Source of the DNA: Pseudomonadota bacterium
GTDB lineage: Bacteria; Pseudomonadota; Gammaproteobacteria; Burkholderiales; Burkholderiaceae_C
DNA length: 64,000 nt
Assembly: GCA_963204815.1 (NCBI GenBank)
Contig: CAUJHQ010000068.1
Span: 21,771-85,770, forward strand
Direction: 5' to 3'
Positions 8,905 to 19,864 of the stretch are shown in pieces. The notes beneath the pieces are model-generated. The model was given only the letters and a program-made list of their open reading frames with translations, made no database searches and had not been told where the DNA came from. Both the position numbers and the translations under genes were made by a program. Numbering within the stretch: the stretch's first letter is position 1; every line of letters begins with the position of its first letter.

Positions 8905-10458
8905 ATGAAGTACCGGGATCTGCGGGACTTCGTCGGCCAGCTCGAAGGGCTCGGGAAGCTTAGAAAAGTCGCCGATCCGGTGTCTCCGGTGCTGGAAATG
9001 ACGGCAATCGGCGACAAGCTCCTGCGGGCCGGCGGGCCGGCCGTGCTCTTCGAGCGGCCCGTCGGTTACAAGTTTCCTTGCCTCATCAATCTGTTCGGAA
9101 CCCCCGAACGTGTGGCTTTGGGCATGGGTGCCACCTCGGAAAACGAGCTTCGCGACGTCGGTCGGCTGCTCGCCGCGCTGAAGGAGCCGGACCCCCCGAA
9201 GGGCCTCAAGGATGCCGGTCGCCTGTTACACATGGCGAAGGCGGTGTGGAACATGAAGCCGGCGGTGCTGTCGCGCGCACCCTGTCAGGAGGTGACGATC
9301 GAGGGCGCTGACATCGACCTCGCGACCCTGCCGGTTCAGACCTGCTGGCCGGGCGACGCCGGCCCCCTCATCACCTGGGGGCTGGTCGTGACGCGCGGCC
9401 CGCAGGGCGTGCCGGCGCCGCGCCGGCGCCAGAACCTGGGCATCTACCGCCAGCAGGTGATCGGCCGCCGCGAGGTGATCATGCGCTGGCTGGCACACCG
9501 CGGCGGCGCGCTCGACTTCCGCGAGTTTGCGCGCGCCAACCCGGGCCGGCCGTTCCCGATCGCGGTGGCGCTGGGGGCCGACCCGGCAACGATCCTCGGC
9601 GCCGTGACGCCGGTGCCCGATTCGCTGTCGGAGTACCAGTTCGCCGGCCTGCTGCGCGGCGGGCGCACGGAAGTCGTTGACACGGCGGTGGGCGAAGGCC
9701 CGCTGCTGCAGGTGCCGGCGAGCGCCGAGTTCGTGCTCGAGGGCCACATCCCGACCGCGCCGGCCGGCTTCACCGGCGAGTCCGACCGGGGCGTGCGCCT
9801 GAAGGAAGTGGGTGGCTACCTCCATGCGCTGGAAGGTCCGTTCGGCGACCACACCGGCTATTACAACGAGCAGGACTGGTTCCCGGTCTTCCGGCTCGAC
9901 CGCCTGACGCATCGCCGCGACCCGATCTACCACTCCACCTACACCGGCAAGCCGCCGGACGAGCCCGCCGTGCTGGGCGTAGCGCTGAACGAGGTGTTCG
10001 TGCCGATCCTGCAGAAGCAGTTTCCGGAGATCGCCGACTTCTACCTGCCGCCCGAAGGCTGCAGCTACCGCATGGCCGTGATCTCGATCCGTAAGGCCTA
10101 CCCCGGCCATGCGAAGCGGGTGATGTTCGGGCTGTGGAGTTTCCTGCGCCAGTTCATGTACACGAAGTTCATCGTCGTCACCGACGACGACGTGAACATC
10201 CGCGACTGGCAGGACGTGATCTGGGCCATCACCACCCGCATGGACCCGGTGCGCGACACCACGCTGGTCGGCGACACGCCGATCGACTACCTCGACTTCG
10301 CCTCGCCGGTCAGCGGGCTGGGCGGGAAGATGGGGCTGGACGCGACGAACAAGTGGCCCGGCGAGACTGCGCGCGAGTGGGGCCGCACGATCCGCATGGA
10401 CGCGGCCGTCGAGGCGCGCGTGCAGGACCTCGTCGAAAGGCTGTCGAAACCGGCTTGA
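8905..10458 (+). CDS. ubiD: 3-octaprenyl-4-hydroxybenzoate carboxy-lyase UbiD
   Basis: [43 protein letters not shown]. Confidence 0.96.
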   Translation: MKYRDLRDFVGQLEGLGKLRKVADPVSPVLEMTAIGDKLLRAGGPAVLFERPVGYKFPCLINLFGTPERVALGMGATSENELRDVGRLLAALKEPDPPKGLKDAGRLLHMAKAVWNMKPAVLSRAPCQEVTIEGADIDLATLPVQTCWPGDAGPLITWGLVVTRGPQGVPAPRRRQNLGIYRQQVIGRREVIMRWLAHRGGALDFREFARANPGRPFPIAVALGADPATILGAVTPVPDSLSEYQFAGLLRGGRTEVVDTAVGEGPLLQVPASAEFVLEGHIPTAPAGFTGESDRGVRLKEVGGYLHALEGPFGDHTGYYNEQDWFPVFRLDRLTHRRDPIYHSTYTGKPPDEPAVLGVALNEVFVPILQKQFPEIADFYLPPEGCSYRMAVISIRKAYPGHAKRVMFGLWSFLRQFMYTKFIVVTDDDVNIRDWQDVIWAITTRMDPVRDTTLVGDTPIDYLDFASPVSGLGGKMGLDATNKWPGETAREWGRTIRMDAAVEARVQDLVERLSKPA

Positions 10459-10489
10459 ACTGCGCCGGCGCGTAGCCTATCTTTTAGAG

Positions 10490-10620
10490 GCCTGCGTGCA
10501 GGCAATACCCCGATGGCGCAGTCCCTGCGCATCAGGAGCCCCGGACCTCATTCCTCTGGAGCTCCAAACGGTAGCCTCGCTACCCGCCCCTCCGATCCTC
10601 ACGGCTCGGAGGGGTTCGTC
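10490..10620 (+). ncRNA. Candidate sRNA made of tandem hairpins with C-rich loops
   Basis: Hairpins at 10512-10533, 10535-10565, 10570-10584, 10587-10614 with UCC/CCUC loops; TAGCCT/TATCTT -10-like sequence upstream. Confidence 0.55.
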
Positions 10621-11617
10621 ATTTGGGGAGGCCGAATTCCGCCGCCAGCAACGCGTAGGACTTGCGGCGCACCGCCGGGTCGTGCGCCCACGTGTTGACG
10701 ACCAGTTCGTCCAGCTCCAGTTGCGCCGCCAACGCACGCAACTTGGCACCGACCTCGGCGCCGGTGCCGACGAAGGCGCGCTCGCGCAGCGCGTTCACGG
10801 CCGGCATCTCGTCGGCCGTGAAGCCGCGTTCGGCAATGGCCGCCGGCGCCTGCAGCGGCCCCAGCAGGCCGCGCTGGCGGTCCAGGCGCCAGCGCTCGCG
10901 GCTGGTGGCGTGGAACGCCGCCTCGTCGGTGCTGTCGGCCGCGAGCGCCCAGACGCAGATCGTCGGCTGCGGGGTGGGGTGGCGCTCGCTCGGCCGGTAG
11001 AGCCGGCGGTACAGGTCCAGCGCCTGCTCGACGCCTTGGCCGTCCATGAAGAAGTAAGCGAACGCATACGGCAGGCCCAGGTGGGCTGCCAGCTGGGCGC
11101 CGTAGTCCGAGCTGCCGAGCACCCACACCTCGGGCGGCGCCACGCCGTCGCGCGGCCGTGGGTGGGCGACGATGCCCTGGTGGCGCCGCCCAAGCGTCCA
11201 GGCCTGCAGGTCCATCACCTGCTGCGGGAACTGCTCCGCGGCATGGCCGGCGTTCGGGTTCAGGGCCATCGCGGTGCGCATGTCGCCGCCCGGTGCACGG
11301 CCGACGCCGAGGTCGATACGCCCCGGCGCCAGCGCCTGCAGCACCCCGAACTGCTCCGCCACCTTGAGCGCCGAGTAGTGCGGCAGCATCACCCCCGCGC
11401 TGCCGATGCGGATACGCGACGTGCGCGCCGCGATCGCCGCCATCAGCACTTCGGGCGCGCTGCCGACGATGGTGGGCAGGCTGTGGTGTTCGCTGACCCA
11501 GAAGCGGTGGTAACCCAGCGCCTCGCAGTGTTCGGCCAGCGCCAGCGTGTCGGCGATGGCGTGCGCCTCGTCGCGGCCGGCGCAGCTGACCGATTGATCC
11601 AGGACCGAGAGTTTCAT
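10619..11617 (-). CDS. LLM-class (luciferase-like) flavin-dependent oxidoreductase
   Basis: MKLSVLDQS, RFWVSEHH, RIGSAGVMLPHY, GRIDLGVGRAPG. Confidence 0.92.
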   Translation of the reverse strand: MKLSVLDQSVSCAGRDEAHAIADTLALAEHCEALGYHRFWVSEHHSLPTIVGSAPEVLMAAIAARTSRIRIGSAGVMLPHYSALKVAEQFGVLQALAPGRIDLGVGRAPGGDMRTAMALNPNAGHAAEQFPQQVMDLQAWTLGRRHQGIVAHPRPRDGVAPPEVWVLGSSDYGAQLAAHLGLPYAFAYFFMDGQGVEQALDLYRRLYRPSERHPTPQPTICVWALAADSTDEAAFHATSRERWRLDRQRGLLGPLQAPAAIAERGFTADEMPAVNALRERAFVGTGAEVGAKLRALAAQLELDELVVNTWAHDPAVRRKSYALLAAEFGLPK

Positions 11618-11648
11618 CCCCCGATCATCGCGCCGAACCGCGAAACGC

Positions 11649-13238
11649 TCAGCGGCCGGCGCGGATGAGGTCGGCGGCCTTCTCGCCGATCATGATGACC
11701 GGCGCATTCGTGTTGCCCGAGACGATGGTCGGCATGATCGACGCGTCGACCACGCGCAGCCCCTCGACGCCGTGCACGCGCAGCGCCGCGTCGACGACGT
11801 CGCGCTCGCCCGGGCCCATGCGGCAGGTGCCCACCGGGTGGTAGATCGTGTCTGCGTGGCCGCGGATGAAGGCCTCGATCTGCTCGTCGGTGACGGCGCC
11901 GGCCGACGCCGGCAGCTCGCGCCCGCGCAGGCCGGCCAGCGCCGGCTGCGCGAGGATCCCGCGCATCAGCTTGAAGCCGCGCACCAGGCGCTCGAGGTCG
12001 TCGCGTTCGGCGAAGAACGCGGGGTCGATGGCGGGCGCGGCCAGCGGGTCGGCGCTGGCCAGCGTCAGGCGGCCGCGGCTCTTCGGCTGCAGCAGGCACA
12101 CATGGCACGAATAGCCGTGGCCGAACACCGTCTTGCGGCCGTGGTCGATCAGCTTGCCGATGACGAAGTGCAGCTGCAGGTCCGGCCGCGCCTCGCCCGG
12201 CTGGCTGCGGATGAAGCCGCCGGCCTCGGCGAAGTTGGTCGTCAGCATGCCGCGCCGCCACTGGCGCCATTCCCAGATGCCCTGCAGCACCTGCCAGGCG
12301 CCGCTGAGCGACAGCCCGAAGAGGTCGGTGACGTGTGGCGCGTCGACGACCTGCACCACGTCGACGTGGTCGTGCAGGTGCTGTCCCACGCCGGGCAGGT
12401 CGTGCCGCACCTCGATGCCGTGGCGCTGCAACTCGGCGCCGGGGCCGATGCCCGACAGCATCAGCAGCTGCGGCGACTGCAGCGCGCCGGCCGACAGCAG
12501 CACCTCGCGCCGCGCCTGCAGCGTGCGGCGTGCGCCACCTTCCTGGATCTCGACGCCGGTGGCACGCCGGCCCTCGAACAGCACGCGCGTGGCCTGCACG
12601 CCGGTCAGCACCTGCAGGTTCGGCCGCCCGAGCGCCGGCGTCAGGTAGGCCTTGGCGGCGCTGCAGCGCTCGCCGTTCTTGTGCGTCACCTGGTAGAGGC
12701 CGACGCCTTCCTGGCGCGCGCCGTTGAAGTCGGGGTTCACCGGGTGGCCGGCCTGTTCGCCGGCACGCACGAACACCGGCCCGAAGCGGCTCGGGCTGCG
12801 CAGGTCCATCACGTTGAGCGGCCCGCCGGTGGCGTGGAAGGCGTCGGCGCCGCGCTCGTTGTGCTCGGCCTTCAGGAAGTGCGGCAGCACGTCGGCCCAG
12901 CCCCAGCCGGGGTTGCCGGCGGCGGCCCAGCCGTCGTAGTCCTCGCGCTGGCCGCGCAGGTAGATCATGGCGTTGACCGAGCTCGAACCGCCCAGCACCT
13001 TGCCGCGCGGCTGGTAGCCGCGGCGGCCGCCCAGGCCGGGCTGCGGCACCGTCTCGAAGCCCCAGTTGGCCTGGCCGTTCTTCGCCAGCACCGCGAGCCC
13101 GGCCGGGCAGTGGATCAGCACGCTCTTGTCGGGCGGCCCGGCCTCGACGAGGCAGACGCTCGTGTCGCGGTCCTCGCTCAGGCGTGCGGCGAGCACGCAG
13201 CCGGCGGAGCCGCCACCAACGATGATGTAGTCGAACAT
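11649..13238 (-). CDS. GMC-family oxidoreductase (choline dehydrogenase-like)
   Basis: MFDYIIVGGGSAG, RGKVLGGSSSVNAM, YHPVGTCRMG, GNTNAPVIMIGEKAAD; start trimmed to ATG 13238. Confidence 0.93.
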   Translation of the reverse strand: MFDYIIVGGGSAGCVLAARLSEDRDTSVCLVEAGPPDKSVLIHCPAGLAVLAKNGQANWGFETVPQPGLGGRRGYQPRGKVLGGSSSVNAMIYLRGQREDYDGWAAAGNPGWGWADVLPHFLKAEHNERGADAFHATGGPLNVMDLRSPSRFGPVFVRAGEQAGHPVNPDFNGARQEGVGLYQVTHKNGERCSAAKAYLTPALGRPNLQVLTGVQATRVLFEGRRATGVEIQEGGARRTLQARREVLLSAGALQSPQLLMLSGIGPGAELQRHGIEVRHDLPGVGQHLHDHVDVVQVVDAPHVTDLFGLSLSGAWQVLQGIWEWRQWRRGMLTTNFAEAGGFIRSQPGEARPDLQLHFVIGKLIDHGRKTVFGHGYSCHVCLLQPKSRGRLTLASADPLAAPAIDPAFFAERDDLERLVRGFKLMRGILAQPALAGLRGRELPASAGAVTDEQIEAFIRGHADTIYHPVGTCRMGPGERDVVDAALRVHGVEGLRVVDASIMPTIVSGNTNAPVIMIGEKAADLIRAGR

Positions 13239-13311
13239 GCGCAAGGATCCCGGGTCCCGTGGTCTCGGGCCATCATAGGCAGCGCCATCGCGGCGGCCCC
13301 GGTTGCCTTCT

Positions 13312-13896
13312 CTATTTGCGCGAGTGGTCGAGCGCCGGCGCCGGCTTGAAGCCGAGTTCGAGCGCGCGCGCCTCGTACTGGTCGGCCAGGATCGGCTGGT
13401 CGGTGCGGCGGAAGTGCAGCGCCAGTTCGTAGCTGGCCGGCGCATCGCCCAGCCCGGAGGCCAGCTGCAGCCAGCCCACGTAGCGCTGTTCGCCGCCGGC
13501 GCCGCCGCGCTGCGCCTGCGCCAGGCGCACGGCGGCGGCGGCGTCGCCGAGCGCGGCGCGGCGCAGTTCGTCGCGTGCGGCGGCGTCGCCGGCGGGCGGC
13601 TCGAAGGCGCTGCGGAACAGCCGCAGTTCCCGACGCACCAGCACGGCCGCCGAACGCGCTGCGCGGTCGCGATCGTTCGCCACCGTCGCGGCCGCGGCGC
13701 CCTGGGGATACGCGCGCAGGTAGCGGTCGGCAGCGCGCACGATGTCGGCCGGCCACAGCGACTGCGCCACCTGGCTGCGCAGCGCGGACTCGTCGGCGTC
13801 GTCCGCGGCACGTGCCGCCGTGGCGCAGGCCAGTGCCGCGGCAGCACACGCCAGCGCCTGCCGCCGGTTCATCGTCTCGGTCCGCAACGTCGCCAT
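13312..13896 (-). CDS. Secreted helical protein, putative Tat signal, Sel1/TPR-like C-terminus
   Basis: MNRRQAL...ARA signal; GDAPASYELALHF Sel1-like repeat; alternative start 13872. Confidence 0.6.
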   Translation of the reverse strand: MATLRTETMNRRQALACAAAALACATAARAADDADESALRSQVAQSLWPADIVRAADRYLRAYPQGAAAATVANDRDRAARSAAVLVRRELRLFRSAFEPPAGDAAARDELRRAALGDAAAAVRLAQAQRGGAGGEQRYVGWLQLASGLGDAPASYELALHFRRTDQPILADQYEARALELGFKPAPALDHSRK

Positions 13897-14048
13897 GGGA
13901 GCCCCGGCGGGAAGATGCGCTGATTCTGGCCCCATTGCCATGCGCGCGGCGAGCGCGAGAGGCCTTCGACATAATGCCGCTCCCCGCGGCCGATCCGGCC
14001 CGCGGGACCCCACGCGACCCGCCCACCGGCGGACCAGGGAGATCGCGC

Positions 14049-15911
14049 TTGTTCCTGTTGTTCGAACGCCTGGTGCACCCTTACCCGGACGCACCGCCGA
14101 GGCCGCTGCCGAAGCGCTTCTTCGCCTTCCTCTGGCAGTGCACCGAGGGCCTGCGCCCGCACCTGCTGACGTTGACGCTGCTGACCGCCGCGATCGGCGC
14201 CTTCGAGGCGCTGCTGTTCTGGATGCTCGCGCAGGTGGTGGACCTGCTCGGCCAGGGCCCGCCGGCGGCGTTCTGGCAGCAGCACCGCGGTTCACTGCTG
14301 CTGCTGGGCGGCGTGCTGCTCGGCAGCATCGCGCTCGCCGGCGCGCAGGCGCTGGTCAAGTACCAGGCTGTCTTCGGCAACTTCCCGATGCGCCTGCGCT
14401 GGAACTTCCACCGCCTGATGCTCGACCAGAGCATGGGCTTCTACCAGGACGAGTTCGCCGGCCGCATCGCCACCAAGGTGATGCAGACCGCGCTCGCGGT
14501 GCGCGACACCTGGCTCGTGCTGGCCGACATCCTGGTGTACGTGGTCATCTACTTCCTGACCATCGTCGCCGTCGTCGGCGGCATGGACCCGTGGCTGATG
14601 CTGCCCTTCCTGGGCTGGCTGGCGGCCTACGTGGTGACGCTGCGCTACTTCGTGCCGCGGCTGGGCCGGGTGGGCAAGGCGCAGGCCGACGCGCGCTCGC
14701 TGATGACCGGCCGCGTGACCGATGCCTACACCAACATCGCCACCGTCAAGCTCTTCTCGCACTCGAACCGCGAGGCCCGCTTCGCGCGCGGCGCGATGGA
14801 AGAGTTCATGACCACGGTGCACGGCCAGATGCGGCTCGTGAGCGCATTCGAGGCCGTCAACCAGGTGCTCAGCGTGGCGCTGATCGCCGCCACCACCGGT
14901 GTCGCCGTCGTGTTGTGGATGGGGGGCGGCGTCGGCGTCGGCGCGGTCGCCGCCGCAACCGCGATGGCGCTGCGCCTGAACGGCATGTCGCACTGGGTGA
15001 TGTGGGAGATGGCCTCGCTGTTCGAGCACATCGGCACCGTGCAGGACGGCATGAACACGCTGTCGAAGGCGCGCAGCGTCGTCGACCGCCCCGACGCGGT
15101 GGCGCTCGAAGTGCCGCGCGGCGAGGTGCGCTTCGAGAACGTGCGCTTCTCCTACAACGGGCAGCGCCGCGTCATCGACGATCTCTCGCTCGTCATCCGG
15201 CCGGGCGAGAAGATCGGCCTCGTCGGCCGCTCGGGCGCCGGCAAGAGCACGGTCGTGAACCTGATGCTGCGCCTGTACGACATCGACTCGGGCCGCATCC
15301 TCATCGACGGCCAGGACATCGCCGGCGTCACGCAGGAGAGCCTGCGCCGCCAGGTCGGCATGGTCACGCAGGACACCTCGCTGCTGCACCGCTCGGTGCG
15401 CGACAACATCGTCTACGGCCGCCCCGACGCCACCGACGCCGACATGCTGCGCGCCGCCGAGCGCGCCGAGGCGCACGACTTCATCGGCGGGCTCACCGAC
15501 CCGAAGGGCCGCAGGGGCTACGACGCCCACGTCGGCGAGCGCGGCGTCAAGCTGTCCGGCGGGCAGCGCCAGCGCATCGCGATCGCGCGCGTGATGCTGA
15601 AGGACGCGCCGATCCTGCTGCTCGACGAGGCGACGAGCGCGCTCGACAGCGAGGTCGAGGCGGCGATCCAGCAGAGCCTGTACCGGCTGATGGAAGGCAA
15701 GACGGTGGTGGCGATCGCGCACCGGCTGTCCACCATCGCCGCGATGGACCGGCTGGTCGTGATGGACCACGGCCGCATCGTGGAGACGGGCGACCACAAG
15801 AGCCTGCTGGCGGCCGGTGGCATCTACGCCCGCCTGTGGGCGCACCAGAGCGGCGGCTTCCTCGGCGAGGACGCCGACGACGCCGAGCCGGCGGAACTGG
15901 CGGCGCGCTGA
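14049..15911 (+). CDS. ABC exporter, fused permease/ATPase (MdlB/MsbA-like)
   Basis: TM domain, Walker [28 protein letters not shown]; TTG start after GGAG. Confidence 0.93.
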   Translation: MFLLFERLVHPYPDAPPRPLPKRFFAFLWQCTEGLRPHLLTLTLLTAAIGAFEALLFWMLAQVVDLLGQGPPAAFWQQHRGSLLLLGGVLLGSIALAGAQALVKYQAVFGNFPMRLRWNFHRLMLDQSMGFYQDEFAGRIATKVMQTALAVRDTWLVLADILVYVVIYFLTIVAVVGGMDPWLMLPFLGWLAAYVVTLRYFVPRLGRVGKAQADARSLMTGRVTDAYTNIATVKLFSHSNREARFARGAMEEFMTTVHGQMRLVSAFEAVNQVLSVALIAATTGVAVVLWMGGGVGVGAVAAATAMALRLNGMSHWVMWEMASLFEHIGTVQDGMNTLSKARSVVDRPDAVALEVPRGEVRFENVRFSYNGQRRVIDDLSLVIRPGEKIGLVGRSGAGKSTVVNLMLRLYDIDSGRILIDGQDIAGVTQESLRRQVGMVTQDTSLLHRSVRDNIVYGRPDATDADMLRAAERAEAHDFIGGLTDPKGRRGYDAHVGERGVKLSGGQRQRIAIARVMLKDAPILLLDEATSALDSEVEAAIQQSLYRLMEGKTVVAIAHRLSTIAAMDRLVVMDHGRIVETGDHKSLLAAGGIYARLWAHQSGGFLGEDADDAEPAELAAR

Positions 15912-15924
15912 TCGCGCCGCGCCG

Positions 15925-16299
15925 TCAGCGGCGGTCGGTCCGAATGTCGACGCCGGGCTCGGTGGCCGCGAAGTCGTAGCGCTCGACCGCCGCGTCGTGC
16001 GGCATGGTCTCGAGCCAGGGGAACTCGGCCGCCGGGCTGGCGGCGTCGAGTGCGCGCTCGAGAGCGCGCTTGCGTTCGGCGGTGGCGTCCGCGGGCGCAT
16101 CGGCGGCGGCCGGGCCGGCCCGCAGGTGCACGGCGAGTTCGCGCATCTGCTCGGCCAGGTCGCGCCGCGCCTGTTCGGCCTGCGCGAGCTGGCGTTTCAG
16201 TTCGGCCACGAAGCGCCGTTGCTGCCACAGCGCGGCAGCGCCGGCGGCCACGCCGAGGATCGCCAGCGTGGCCAGCAAGGGGATCGAGATTCCGTCCAT
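15925..16299 (-). CDS. Small single-TM coiled-coil hypothetical protein
   Basis: [29 protein letters not shown] then heptad segment; fills gap between + genes; sigma28 promoter immediately upstream. Confidence 0.7.
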   Translation of the reverse strand: MDGISIPLLATLAILGVAAGAAALWQQRRFVAELKRQLAQAEQARRDLAEQMRELAVHLRAGPAAADAPADATAERKRALERALDAASPAAEFPWLETMPHDAAVERYDFAATEPGVDIRTDRR

Positions 16300-16306
16300 G
16301 ACTCGC

Positions 16307-16334
16307 TTATCGGCCGCGGCGGCGGCCCGCTTGA
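16307..16334 (-). promoter_or_regulatory. Sigma28 (FliA) promoter
   Basis: TCAAG-N15-GCCGATAA. Confidence 0.65.
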
Positions 16335-16407
16335 GCGCCAGCCAACGCCCCCGGTGCCCCGGGGCCATCGGCCGGCGGCGACAATCGCACGCTTTTCGCC
16401 TGTTGTC

Positions 16408-18678
16408 GTGACCACCGCCACCCCCACCGCTCCCAAGGCCCTTACCGCGTACCGCCCGTTCTGGGCCAAGCGCTTCGGGCCCGCGCCCTTCCTGCCGACG
16501 AGTCGGCAGGAGATGGACGCGCTCGGCTGGGATTCGTGCGACGTGATCGTCGTCACCGGCGACGCCTACGTCGATCACCCGAGCTTCGGCATGGCCGTCA
16601 TCGGGCGCACGCTGGAGGCGCAGGGCTTCCGCGTCGGCATCATCGCCCAGCCCGACTGGAACTCGGCCGACGCCTTCCGCGCGCTCGGCCGCCCGAACCT
16701 GTTCTTCGGCGTCGCCGCCGGGAACATGGATTCGATGATCAACCACTACACCGCCGACCGGAAGATCCGCAGCGACGACGCCTACACGCCCGGCGGCGTC
16801 GCCGGCAAGCGCCCGGACCGCGCGACGCTGGTCTACACGCAGCGCTGCCAGGAAGCCTTCAAGGACGTGCCGGTGGTCATCGGCGGCATCGAGGCCAGCC
16901 TGCGCCGCATCGCCCACTACGACCACTGGCAGGAGAAAGTGCGCCGCAGCATCCTGGCCGACAGCAAGGCCGACCTGCTGCTCTACGGCAACGCCGAGCG
17001 CGCCATCGTCGAGGTGGCGCACCGCCTGGCGCGCCGCGAGCCCATCGAGGCGATGACCGACATCCGCGGCACCGCCTTCATGGTGCGCGACGCGCACGCG
17101 CCGCAGGGCTTCTTCGAGATCGATTCGACCGAAGTCGACCAGCCCGGCCGCATCGACGAGCACATCAGCCCGTACATGACCACGGCCGAGGCCGCCGCGT
17201 CGCAGGGCCAGGCCTGCGCGAAGGACGAGGCCGCCGCGGCGCCGGCCGTCGTCGCGATGCCGGTCTCGCGCAAGGTGGGCGCGGTGCGCCTGCCGGCGCG
17301 CGACAAGACCGTGATCCGCCTGCCGGCCTACGAGCAGGTCAAGAGCGACCCGGTGCTCTACGCCCACGCCAACCGCGTGCTGCACCTGGAGACCAACCCG
17401 GGCAACGCGCGTGCGCTGGTGCAGCGCCATGGCACCGGCGCTTCTGGGCGCGACGTGTGGATCAACCCGCCGCCGATCCCGCTCTCGACGGCCGAGATGG
17501 ACCACGTGTTCGACCTGCCGTATGCACGCGAGCCGCACCCGCGCTACGCCGACGAGCAGGGCGGCCACGACGGCGCGACCAAGATCCCGGCCTGGGAGAT
17601 GATCCGCTTCAGCGTGAACATCATGCGCGGCTGCTTCGGCGGCTGCACCTTCTGCAGCATCACCGAGCACGAAGGCCGCATCATCCAGAGCCGCAGCGAG
17701 GACTCGATCATTCACGAGATCGAGACCATGCGCGACAAGGTCAAGGGCTTCACCGGCGTCGTCAGCGACCTCGGCGGGCCGACCGCCAACATGTGGCGCA
17801 TCGGCTGCAAGAGCCGCGAGATCGAGGCCGCCTGCCGCAAGCCGAGCTGCGTGTACCCCGGCATCTGCCCGAACCTGAACACCGACCACGGGCCGCTGGT
17901 CAAGCTGTACCGCCGCGCGCGCGCGCTGCCGGGCATCAAGAAGATCCTCATCGGCAGCGGGCTGCGCTACGACCTGGCGGTGCAGAGCCCGGAGTACGTG
18001 AAGGAACTCGTCACGCACCACGTCGGCGGCTATCTCAAGATCGCGCCCGAGCACACCGAGAGCGGCCCGCTGTCGAAGATGATGAAGCCGGGCATCGGCA
18101 CCTACGACCGCTTCAAGGCGATGTTCGACAGGTTCAGCGCCGAGGCGGGCAAGAAGCAGTACCTGATTCCGTACTTCATCGCCGCCCACCCGGGCACCAG
18201 CGACGAGGACATGATGCACCTCGCGCTCTGGCTCAAGCGCAACGGCTTCAAGGCCGACCAGGTGCAGACCTTCTACCCGAGCCCGATGGCCACCGCCACC
18301 GCGATGTTCCACACCGGACTGAACCCGCTGAAGGGCATCAGCCGCCATCTCGACGGGCCGGGCCGGCGCGCCGAGCGCGTGGACATCGTGCGTGGCGACA
18401 AGCGGCGCCGCCTGCACAAGGCCTTCCTTCGCTATCACGACCCCAACAACTGGCCGCTGCTGCGCCAGGCGCTGAAGGACCTGGGCCGCGCCGACCTCAT
18501 CGGCAACGGCAAGCACCACCTGATCCCGAGCTTCCAGCCGGCCACCGACGGCAGCTACACGAGTGCGCGGCGCAAGAACAGCACGCCGGCGCCGGGCCGC
18601 GTGCTGACGCAGCACACCGGGCTGCCACCGCGGCCGGGCGTGAAGGCGGTGGCGAAGGCGAAGAAGCGCCCCGCCTGA
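16408..18678 (+). CDS. ygiQ: YgiQ-family radical SAM protein
   Basis: [36 protein letters not shown]; GTG start approximate. Confidence 0.93.
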   Translation: MTTATPTAPKALTAYRPFWAKRFGPAPFLPTSRQEMDALGWDSCDVIVVTGDAYVDHPSFGMAVIGRTLEAQGFRVGIIAQPDWNSADAFRALGRPNLFFGVAAGNMDSMINHYTADRKIRSDDAYTPGGVAGKRPDRATLVYTQRCQEAFKDVPVVIGGIEASLRRIAHYDHWQEKVRRSILADSKADLLLYGNAERAIVEVAHRLARREPIEAMTDIRGTAFMVRDAHAPQGFFEIDSTEVDQPGRIDEHISPYMTTAEAAASQGQACAKDEAAAAPAVVAMPVSRKVGAVRLPARDKTVIRLPAYEQVKSDPVLYAHANRVLHLETNPGNARALVQRHGTGASGRDVWINPPPIPLSTAEMDHVFDLPYAREPHPRYADEQGGHDGATKIPAWEMIRFSVNIMRGCFGGCTFCSITEHEGRIIQSRSEDSIIHEIETMRDKVKGFTGVVSDLGGPTANMWRIGCKSREIEAACRKPSCVYPGICPNLNTDHGPLVKLYRRARALPGIKKILIGSGLRYDLAVQSPEYVKELVTHHVGGYLKIAPEHTESGPLSKMMKPGIGTYDRFKAMFDRFSAEAGKKQYLIPYFIAAHPGTSDEDMMHLALWLKRNGFKADQVQTFYPSPMATATAMFHTGLNPLKGISRHLDGPGRRAERVDIVRGDKRRRLHKAFLRYHDPNNWPLLRQALKDLGRADLIGNGKHHLIPSFQPATDGSYTSARRKNSTPAPGRVLTQHTGLPPRPGVKAVAKAKKRPA

Positions 18679-19830
18679 TCAGGCGGCGAGCGCCGGCGCC
18701 GCGAGCAGGCGCTCCAGGTCGTCCTGCGTGTTGTAGCCCTGCACCGACAGGCGCACGAAGGTCCGGCCGCCATGCTGCGTGACCGGGATCTCGATGCGGC
18801 TCTCGTCGAACAGGCGCCGGCGCAAGGCCTCGGCGTCGGTGTGCGGCACCGGCATCACCGCCATCTGGGCGAAGTCGTCGTCGGTGCTGGCCGGCGCGAG
18901 GCCGAAGCGTTCGCACAGGCGCTGCAGCGTGGCGCGCGCCATCGCGTGGCAGCGCGCGCGCACGGCGGCCCAGTCGTGCGCGCGCTGGAACTCGATCGCC
19001 GCCGGCACCGTGAGCCAGGCGGTGACGTCGCGCGTGCCCTGCCACAGCAGCCGCCGCTCCAGCCGCGTGCGGCCGGTGTAGGCGTCGAAGCCGGTGTGGC
19101 CCGACACCTCGGCCGTGTAGCCCCAGCTCGTGACCGGCGCGTCGATCAAGTCTTGATGCTCCGGCCGCACGTGCAGGAAGCCGGCGCCCTTGGGCGCGCA
19201 CAGCCACTTGTGGCAGTTGCCTGTGTAGAAGTCGGCGCCCAGCGCGCGCAGGTCGAGGTCGATGTGGCCGGGCGCATGCGCGCCGTCGATCAGCGTCAGC
19301 ACGCCGCGCTCGCGCGCGCGCCGGCACAGCTCGGCGAGCGGGAAGACGAGCGCCGTCGTCGACGTGATGTGGCTGGCGAAGATCAGCTTCGTGTTCGGCC
19401 GCACTTCGGCGAGCAGGCGGTCGGCGAAGTCCTCGCGCTCGAACGGCAGCGGAATCGCCACCGTGCGGTAGCTGGCGCCGCGCGCTTCGCAGACACGGCG
19501 GAAGGTCGTCTCGCAGGCGCCGTACTCGTGGTCGGTGGCCAGCACCTCGTCGCCGGGCTGCAGCGCCAGCGAACGGGCGACGATGTTGACGCCGGTGGTC
19601 GCGTTCGGCACGAAGGCGAGGTCGTCCGACGCCGCGCCGACGTACGCGGCCAGCGCCTCGCGCGCCGTGCCCAGCAGCGCGGCCGAGCGGCGGCCGAGGA
19701 ATTCGACCGGGTTGCGCTCCAGTTCGAGCTGCCAGCGCTGCCAGGCGTCGAACACCGGCCGCGGGCAGGCGCCGAAGGAGCCGTGGTTCAGGAAGGTGAC
19801 CGAGGGGTCGAGCAGGAAGTGTTCGCGCAC
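18679..19830 (-). CDS. PLP-dependent aminotransferase class V (CefD/cysteine lyase-like)
   Basis: [31 protein letters not shown]. Confidence 0.9.
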   Translation of the reverse strand: MREHFLLDPSVTFLNHGSFGACPRPVFDAWQRWQLELERNPVEFLGRRSAALLGTAREALAAYVGAASDDLAFVPNATTGVNIVARSLALQPGDEVLATDHEYGACETTFRRVCEARGASYRTVAIPLPFEREDFADRLLAEVRPNTKLIFASHITSTTALVFPLAELCRRARERGVLTLIDGAHAPGHIDLDLRALGADFYTGNCHKWLCAPKGAGFLHVRPEHQDLIDAPVTSWGYTAEVSGHTGFDAYTGRTRLERRLLWQGTRDVTAWLTVPAAIEFQRAHDWAAVRARCHAMARATLQRLCERFGLAPASTDDDFAQMAVMPVPHTDAEALRRRLFDESRIEIPVTQHGGRTFVRLSVQGYNTQDDLERLLAAPALAA

Positions 19831-19864
19831 GGGGCGCGAGTCTAGGGCCGCGCGCCGGCGGCCG

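Noticed and set aside
18679-19830. Isopenicillin N epimerase-like gene as a sign of beta-lactam biosynthesis
   Set aside because: No ACV synthetase or IPNS nearby; the family is widespread as generic PLP lyases.
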